DNA of 64,000 nucleotides from Octopus vulgaris (lineage: Eukaryota). Position 1 is the stretch's first letter, and the number at the start of each line of letters is the position of its first letter. The notes under the pieces are model-generated. The model had not been told where the DNA came from, ran no database searches, and saw only the letters and a list, made by a program, of their open reading frames with translations. Location: positions 6,448,001-6,512,000 of the forward strand of contig OX597831.1 in NCBI GenBank assembly GCA_951406725.2. Direction: 5' to 3'. The position numbers and the translations under genes are program-made. Of the stretch, positions 57,478 to 64,000 are shown piece by piece.

Positions 57478-57812
57478 CATGACAGCTCGGAGAAACTACA
57501 TTTATTAATGGTTAAAAAAAACGTTGAAAAGTCGGACAAATGAGTATGTACGATCGTTACACACCATAATATGTATGACTACACTTATACATGTAGTTGA
57601 CACACCCTTCGAGGATATGAATTCTTTAATGGCTGTGGTGATTGTTTAAAGCAAACATACAGATGAGAGGCAGAAGACAAGTCTTATATCGTGTTCTTTT
57701 TTTTCTTCCGTTTATAATAGGAAAATTAGAGGTGAGCATCGAAGCCAGTGTATCATCGGCATCGACAAAAGAAAATGACGGGGGAGCCGTAGTGGGCGTA
57801 ACACCTAGGAAT

Positions 57813-58366
57813 GGTTTATGTATATATGTATATACATATATAGGTTTATATATACACATATATAGGTTTATATATACACATATATAGGTTTATATATACA
57901 CATATATAGGTTTATATATACACATATATAGGTTTATATATATATATACACACACACATATAGATATATATACACACACACATAGATATATACACACATA
58001 TAGATATATACACACATATAGATATATACACACATATAGATATATACACACATATAGATATATATACACACATAGATATATATACACACATATATAGATA
58101 TATATACACACATATATAGATATATATACACACATATATAGATATATATACACACATATATAGATATATATACACACATATATAGATATATATATATATA
58201 CACACACAATCATATAGGGTTTTATATATATACACACACGCACACATATATAGGGTCATATATATATATATATATGTATGTATATACATATATAGGTTTA
58301 TATATATATATACACACACACACACACATATATATAGGTTTATATGTGTATATACATATATAGGTT

Positions 58367-58402
<36 letters not shown>

Positions 58403-58440
58403 TATATATAGGTTTATATGTGTATATACATATATAGGTT

Positions 58441-58472
<32 letters not shown>

Positions 58473-58576
58473 TATATATAGGTTTATATGTGTATATACA
58501 TATATAGGTTTATATATATATATATATATATACACATATATATATAGGGTTATATGTGTATATACATATATAGGTT
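57813..58576. repeat. Compound TA/CA microsatellite array with recurring ataggttta and atagata spacers
   Basis: Direct inspection. Confidence 0.95.
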
Positions 58577-58998
58577 CCCTACAGGGAGCTGGTGAAAGGC
58601 TTTCCAGAAACGACTACCTCCTTACATTCCAAAGTTAGCCACACTTGGTACCCGTCGGTAAAAAAGAACGACCGAGAAATAAATTAATCAGTTTCGCCAT
58701 CATGAATAGTAACGATGGTAAGTTAGCTATTATATATATATATATATATATATATATTGGTAGGATATCGATAACATATATTATATAGTTGACTACATTA
58801 CACATACAGGCTTGTCAAGAGCTGCCAACATTACATTTACACACACACACACACATATATATATAGCAATTAAGGGTGAAACTAATTAATGGTCTGGTAG
58901 ATCCTTTTTTTAAGTAGAAGAAATGGCTTAAATTTTGGCTGCTATTTCTGAACTTCGGTATGTGGTGATGCATTTCTTTTGCTGACCCCTCAATATTA

Positions 58999-59034
<36 letters not shown>

Positions 59035-59452
59035 TGTATCCAGCAGAGGAAAATACATATAAATGTATGTATATTTTATACACATACTTAATCCTAATGG
59101 ATGAAATATTCAAAGCCGTTTTTCGACATCCTTGTATAGCAGCAGTATGATGGAAAAAATGATGAATTAAGGAGAAAGACAGAAGAGAAATGAAGTCGAT
59201 GTGGGTTTTTATGAGGAGGATGTTGAAGGAAGAAGCTGTTTTAATGAGGAGAGATTGGTTTATAAAGGAGAGAAAGAGAGAAAAGGAGACAAGGCAAAAG
59301 AAAGAAAAATGTAGAATAGAATGAGGAGAGGAATTAAAGTCAGGGAGAAGAAGATGATGAGAGGAGAATGGTGAGAAAATATTTGAAATAAAACTGACAA
59401 AGAACGAATTGGGTAGAGATATGTCAGGGAATGAGTCTGCCAACACTATAGA

Positions 59453-59497
59453 CACACACATACACACATTAACAGGGTGTGTATATTTTATATATAT

Positions 59498-59529
<32 letters not shown>

Positions 59530-59885
59530 TACACATACACACATTAACAGGGTGTGTATATTTTATATACACACATATATATACATATACATATATATAT
59601 ACATACATATATATATACATATATATACATACACATTAACAGGGTGTGTATATTTTATATACACCCACATATATACATATACATATACATACATATATAT
59701 ATACATATATATACATACACATTAACAGGGTGTGTATATTTTATATACACCCACATATACATACACACATTAACAGGGTGTGTATATTTTATATATATAC
59801 ATATATATACATACACACATTAACAGGGTGTGTATATTTTATATATATATACACACATATATACATATATATATCACATATATAT
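59453..59885. repeat. Minisatellite: six copies of acacacattaacagggtgtgtatatttt separated by variable TA/CA runs
   Basis: Core motif near 59463, 59538, 59631, 59716, 59764 and 59814. Confidence 0.9.
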
Positions 59886-60305
59886 CCACCTTCTTTTCAT
59901 ACATACATTTGTCAATGTAGTCTTTTTTTTTAGTTTTTAGATGGGGTTTTTTTTTTGGCTTTTTTTTGGGGTTTCGAATAAAAAAAAAAATACAGACTAT
60001 TACAAAACGACTGTAGTTTAATAATTGCTTTAAAACGATAATTGGTGGAGATTAATAGAAGAGAAAATAATTAATGAAGAAAGGGGAAATGAGAAAAAAA
60101 AAAAAAGCAGTTCTCGTCCAGTTGTCAAAACAACGTCTTCTGAGGAGGGAAGGAGAGGAGAGAGACGGCGGCGGCAGAAATGAAGTATTTACCACCAGAA
60201 AATAAGGATTAAATCGATCAGCATTAACAAAAGAAACTGGCAGAGATTGAAATGTTCTATTTCTAATTAAATAAACAGTGGACATTTAGGGTATGTTGTA
60301 CGTAC

Positions 60306-60342
60306 CTTTAAATAAATAATCATACTCATCGTCCTTCGTCAT
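60306..60342 (-). CDS. Rab11: Rab11 small GTPase, coding exon 1 (MTKDDEYDYLFK + 1 nt)
   Basis: Reverse complement reads ATG ACG AAG GAC GAT GAG TAT GAT TAT TTA TTT AAA G|gtacgt. This matches the Rab11 N-terminus DDEYDYLFK. There is an in-frame TAG two codons upstream, and the phase-1 donor joins exon 2 to give GTT (Val). Confidence 0.95.
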
Positions 60343-60479
60343 CGTCTACGTTTTCCCGTAAGGATACTAGCTGTAAACAAAAGGCTCCTTATACGCTTCA
60401 GAGTCACAAAAAATTAAAATAAAAAGTACAAATTAATTTTGAAAGAGTCTAGATACGTTCTATATTTATATTTCGTTGA

Positions 60480-60630
60480 TACGTCGCCGGATGGCTAGGA
60501 TTATTTCAATTATTTTGGCCCTATGATATTTGTTACTTTCTCTAAACGGATATATCAATATGGCGTCCCTTTTAACGCCCCTTTGCTATTGCGCATACTA
60601 TGACGTCATGTTTGCGCAGCCGGAAGTCAA
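60480..60630. promoter_or_regulatory. Rab11 promoter region, housekeeping type (CRE, ETS, YY1-like, TGCGCA motifs)
   Basis: ATGACGTCAT palindrome at 60600-60609, GCCGGAAGT at 60619-60627, CGCCATATT (minus) at 60557-60565, TGCGCA at 60590 and 60613. Locally CpG-rich and 140-290 nt upstream of the ATG. Confidence 0.7.
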
Positions 60631-62281
60631 CCTCTAACAAGTCACCATTACACATCTTGACGCCGCAGAATCGTCATCTCGTCCACAGAAACGTCAGAAC
60701 TTTTTGGGGTTTCTTAAGATAATCTCTGGGAAATAGATTTACTGCTAAGTACACTTAACAATAAAAGATAGAGTATTCATTTTGAGATGAAATACATAAA
60801 TTTACAACGAAATGTTAGAGAGCAGAACCACTTTCGTTGCTTTTTTCAGTCGGATTTGGTGAAATTTTCAGGAGAAAAAGAAACTAAATATCTTCTTCTA
60901 TGCCCAGAAACAAAACCGTGGAACACCCGAATATAATGGGTCCCTTTTTTTTTTTTATATATATATAACTTGGATGAAGAGTTACGGAGCCATATGTTTT
61001 CGATAGACTTGAGTTTAGTTTACAAATTAGTCCCGTGTGTTTGAAAAGGGATCAAAAGGTTGGAACCCCTGGAAAATTCTGTGCCCTTAATGAAAGCATT
61101 CGGGCCTTCGATGTTTTCTATTCCCTCGGTGACCAGTTATATAGATATAAATGTCAAAATATATCTTGTTTTCATACACAATGACGCTTTTTTACCTTCG
61201 AAAATTCAAGCAAAATCCTATCTATATATTTTTAATTAAAGTGATTAGCTGATCCATAAATAGAAGTTAATGAATATTTATTTTATTTATACATAAGTAT
61301 ATTTTGTTTGCATTTGTAAATTATATTTCCTTCCTTTAAAATAAAGTTGAAATTAGTATTTTAAATGTCTCGTAACCGTAACAATACAAACTGGTAGTTT
61401 CATAATGAAATACACACTGCATTCATTTACTTGGCTATTTAGGCAACCAGCTGGCAGAATCGCTACTGTGCCGGACAAAATATTTTAGTGGCATTTCTTC
61501 CGACTTTACATTCTGTGTTCAAATGTTTGCATTATTTAGTTAAAGTTGCTTAAGTTCTGTGTTTAAATTTTGCCAAAGTTAGATTCTACCTTTCATCTTT
61601 CTGGAGTTAATAAAATAATTTACTCAGATCAATTTTTTTATCAAGTATCCTAAATGTGGATAGAACTACAACAGAAGACCAAGATTGTCTTTCATTTCTC
61701 TGTAGCATTAATAAATAAAATTAATATATGGGTTTAATTAGTTGACTATTCCTCTCAGTCTTTTAGTTATTAAAAAACAAAAATTAAAATAGTAGTTGTG
61801 ATTTTTTTTCTTGTTTCTATTATCATTCCTTAAATGTAAAAAATAAGCTTAATTAGCTTACTGAAATATTCCAATATCATCAAAAAATTCGATGGTTACC
61901 CTTTTTCTTTTTTTTTTTTTTTTTGTTAATAGTGTTTCGACAGAAGCCATGATGGCTTTTTAAGGCCACTGGGACTTGTGGGATGAAAAAAGGAGCTTAT
62001 CCTCTCACCATGGATCCACTGCATATAACAGATTCAATTCCACTAAAAACATCAAAGGATCAGAAGGTGTTGGTGGTGCTGGACATTGGATAAATTCTAT
62101 CAGCTCAAAACAGGAGCAGTTCCTCTGATAGACTTGTACAGCTTTCATCCCCCAAATTTCAATCTGTGGAAGTATTGAGACTGTGACAGAAGACACTTAC
62201 TCAAGGTACCAGGTAGCAAGATTGAACCAGAAACAATATGGGTTTGAAGCAAACCTAATCACACAACCATACCAAGTGTGA

Positions 62282-62639
62282 TCTCTATATATATAAACAG
62301 CAACATGTCTGTCTGTATGTGTGTCCTTTATACAAATCCACAATTTTTCAGATAGAGGGCTCGCACTTTCTACGGTCATTCAAAACCGTCCAAGGGTGGT
62401 CGGGCACATCTTTACATTTCCCCAGTCACCATGCAAAGCCATTAAAAATTCAATAGAAGTGACTTTTTTGTGAATTTTCTATCCAAAACCCAATCAAAAT
62501 GCCTGAAACTTGATACACCAATTGAATGCCAGCTAGCTGTATGTGATTGGTCGGAGATTTGGACAGTACTCGTGCATGCACGCAGCTGTATAGGCATGCA
62601 CTAGCACTATGACCCAGCGTTGCTGGGTCATAGTGCTAG
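62282..62639 (+). mobile_element. Non-autonomous Helitron
   Basis: A|TC-TCTATATATATAAA 5' end followed by (gtct)n, a subterminal GC-rich hairpin and a CTAG|T 3' end. No TSD. Confidence 0.75.
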
Positions 62640-63147
62640 TAAACTATAAAATATAATCTCAGAAACTACTTTTTTCTTTATTAGGAATCTTCTTCCCTAC
62701 TTTCAATGATAATAGAGTTAATTACCATAATTGTATTCAACAAAGAAACTTCCCTCAGATTCGCTTGAGCTGCTAGAAATGGCACCCAATTCTCACACAA
62801 GTCACATCCTACCATCTTAAATGAAGGAGACATTAGACAATATAACCCTTGGAGTAGTAATGATAATGATAATGTTGGACTCTGCCACCAAAAACGACAT
62901 GTGAGCATCCCGCATTTGCCAAACGACGGCACAAATGATTCGTTTATAGCTCATTCCATCAAGTTGACATTGCCTGAACAGTATACCACGCATCAGGTGT
63001 TGGGGCTGATCACAGAGCAATGTGAGATGAAGAGTCTTGCTCAAGAACACAGTGTACCACCCAGTCTAGGAATGGAAATCACAAATGCTAAATTGTGAGT
63101 GCAACACTCTAACCACTAAGCCATGTGCCCTCACAATAATAATAATA

Positions 63148-63381
63148 ATCATCATCATCATCATCGTTGAACATCCGCTTTCCATGCTAGCATGGGTTGG
63201 ATGATTTTGACTGAGGGCTGGCAAACCAGATGGCTGCACCAGGCCCCAATCTTGATCTGGCGGAGTTTCTACAGCCGGATGCCCTTCCTAATGCCAACCA
63301 CTCTGAGAGTATAGTAAGTGCTTTTTACATGCCACCGGCACGGGGCCAGTCAGGCGGTACTGGCAATGACCTCGCTCGAAT
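63148..63381 (-). mobile_element. RTE family 1, 3' end
   Basis: (CAT)n tail and conserved module. Confidence 0.8.
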
Positions 63382-63876
63382 CAAAATTCAGATAAGTAAC
63401 TATTGCCTTACTTACCCGATGAGGCTATTAGGATAGTAATTACAGTGCTTATGCAGTGAGTAAGAAGCAGAATAATAATAAATAACCAGGATGGCTGCTG
63501 AAATATCTTTAATAATAAACCAGTTGAATCAGGGTTCAAGTAGGACAATGTAGGTCATAGGTCGGTATTTGTCAGCCAATGTCTTTTGTGTTTCAAGATG
63601 CTTTCATTGACTTCACTCTTCTATAAATCAACAGGGCATATTTAATTGACCCTATCCTCTTTTAGTGTTACAGTTCTTCAACTTCCTGTTCCTGTATTTT
63701 ACTGCTCACAATATCATTTCTAACACCTACCTTATACAGATGGTGGAGAGAGAGAGGAGCAGTTGTGCCAGCCATTATGCTTTTAGGAAATCCACTTCCA
63801 GCACAAATTAGAAGCCTCTATAAAGTTAGTTGGTCCACTAGACACAGCAACCAAATCTATCTTAATTCATATCTAA

Positions 63877-64000
63877 TCATCATCATCATCATCGTTTAAC
63901 GTCCGCTTTCCATGGTAGCATGGGTTGGACGATTTTAACTGAGGGCTGGCAAACCAGATGGCTGCACCAGGCTCCAGTCTTGATCTGGTGGAGTTTCTAC
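63877..64000 (-). mobile_element. RTE family 1, 3' end (runs off the window)
   Basis: (CAT)n followed by cgtttaacgtccgctttccatg. Confidence 0.8.

Noticed and set aside
57890-58403. YI/CV-rich ORFs
   Set aside because: These are translations of the compound microsatellite.
58928-59620. Longest ORF in the track (230 aa, minus)
   Set aside because: It is built from TA/CA microsatellite and a pyrimidine-biased tract, with no domain or splice support.

Overview
AT-rich, repeat-dense eukaryotic DNA. The SINE and LINE families and the microsatellite load point to a cephalopod (Octopus-like) genome; that assignment is inference. One complete protein-coding gene is supported: a six-exon Rab11 small GTPase on the minus strand. 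Its CDS is join(60342..60306, 22785..22674, 21416..21333, 20074..19881, 18084..18004, 15840..15701), 648 nt, 215 aa, ending in a CCAA prenylation motif. It has a 37.5-kb first intron, a probable long 3'UTR and a CpG-rich housekeeping-type promoter (CRE/ETS/YY1-like motifs) near 60.6 kb. The rest is mostly transposon debris: three distinct RTE-clade LINE lineages, a CR1/L2-like LINE end, two tRNA-derived SINE families, piggyBac-type and mariner-type MITEs, decayed Tc1/mariner transposases, a non-autonomous Helitron, and mini/microsatellites. Most short ORFs in the track are artefacts of these repeats. No clearly new biological system is demonstrable. The best leads are a SINE family whose 3' end repeatedly re-enters its own interior, a minimal hammerhead-like motif, a Helitron with a mirrored 3' terminus, a still-open RTE fragment, a 3'UTR G-quadruplex and signs of a divergent transcript.
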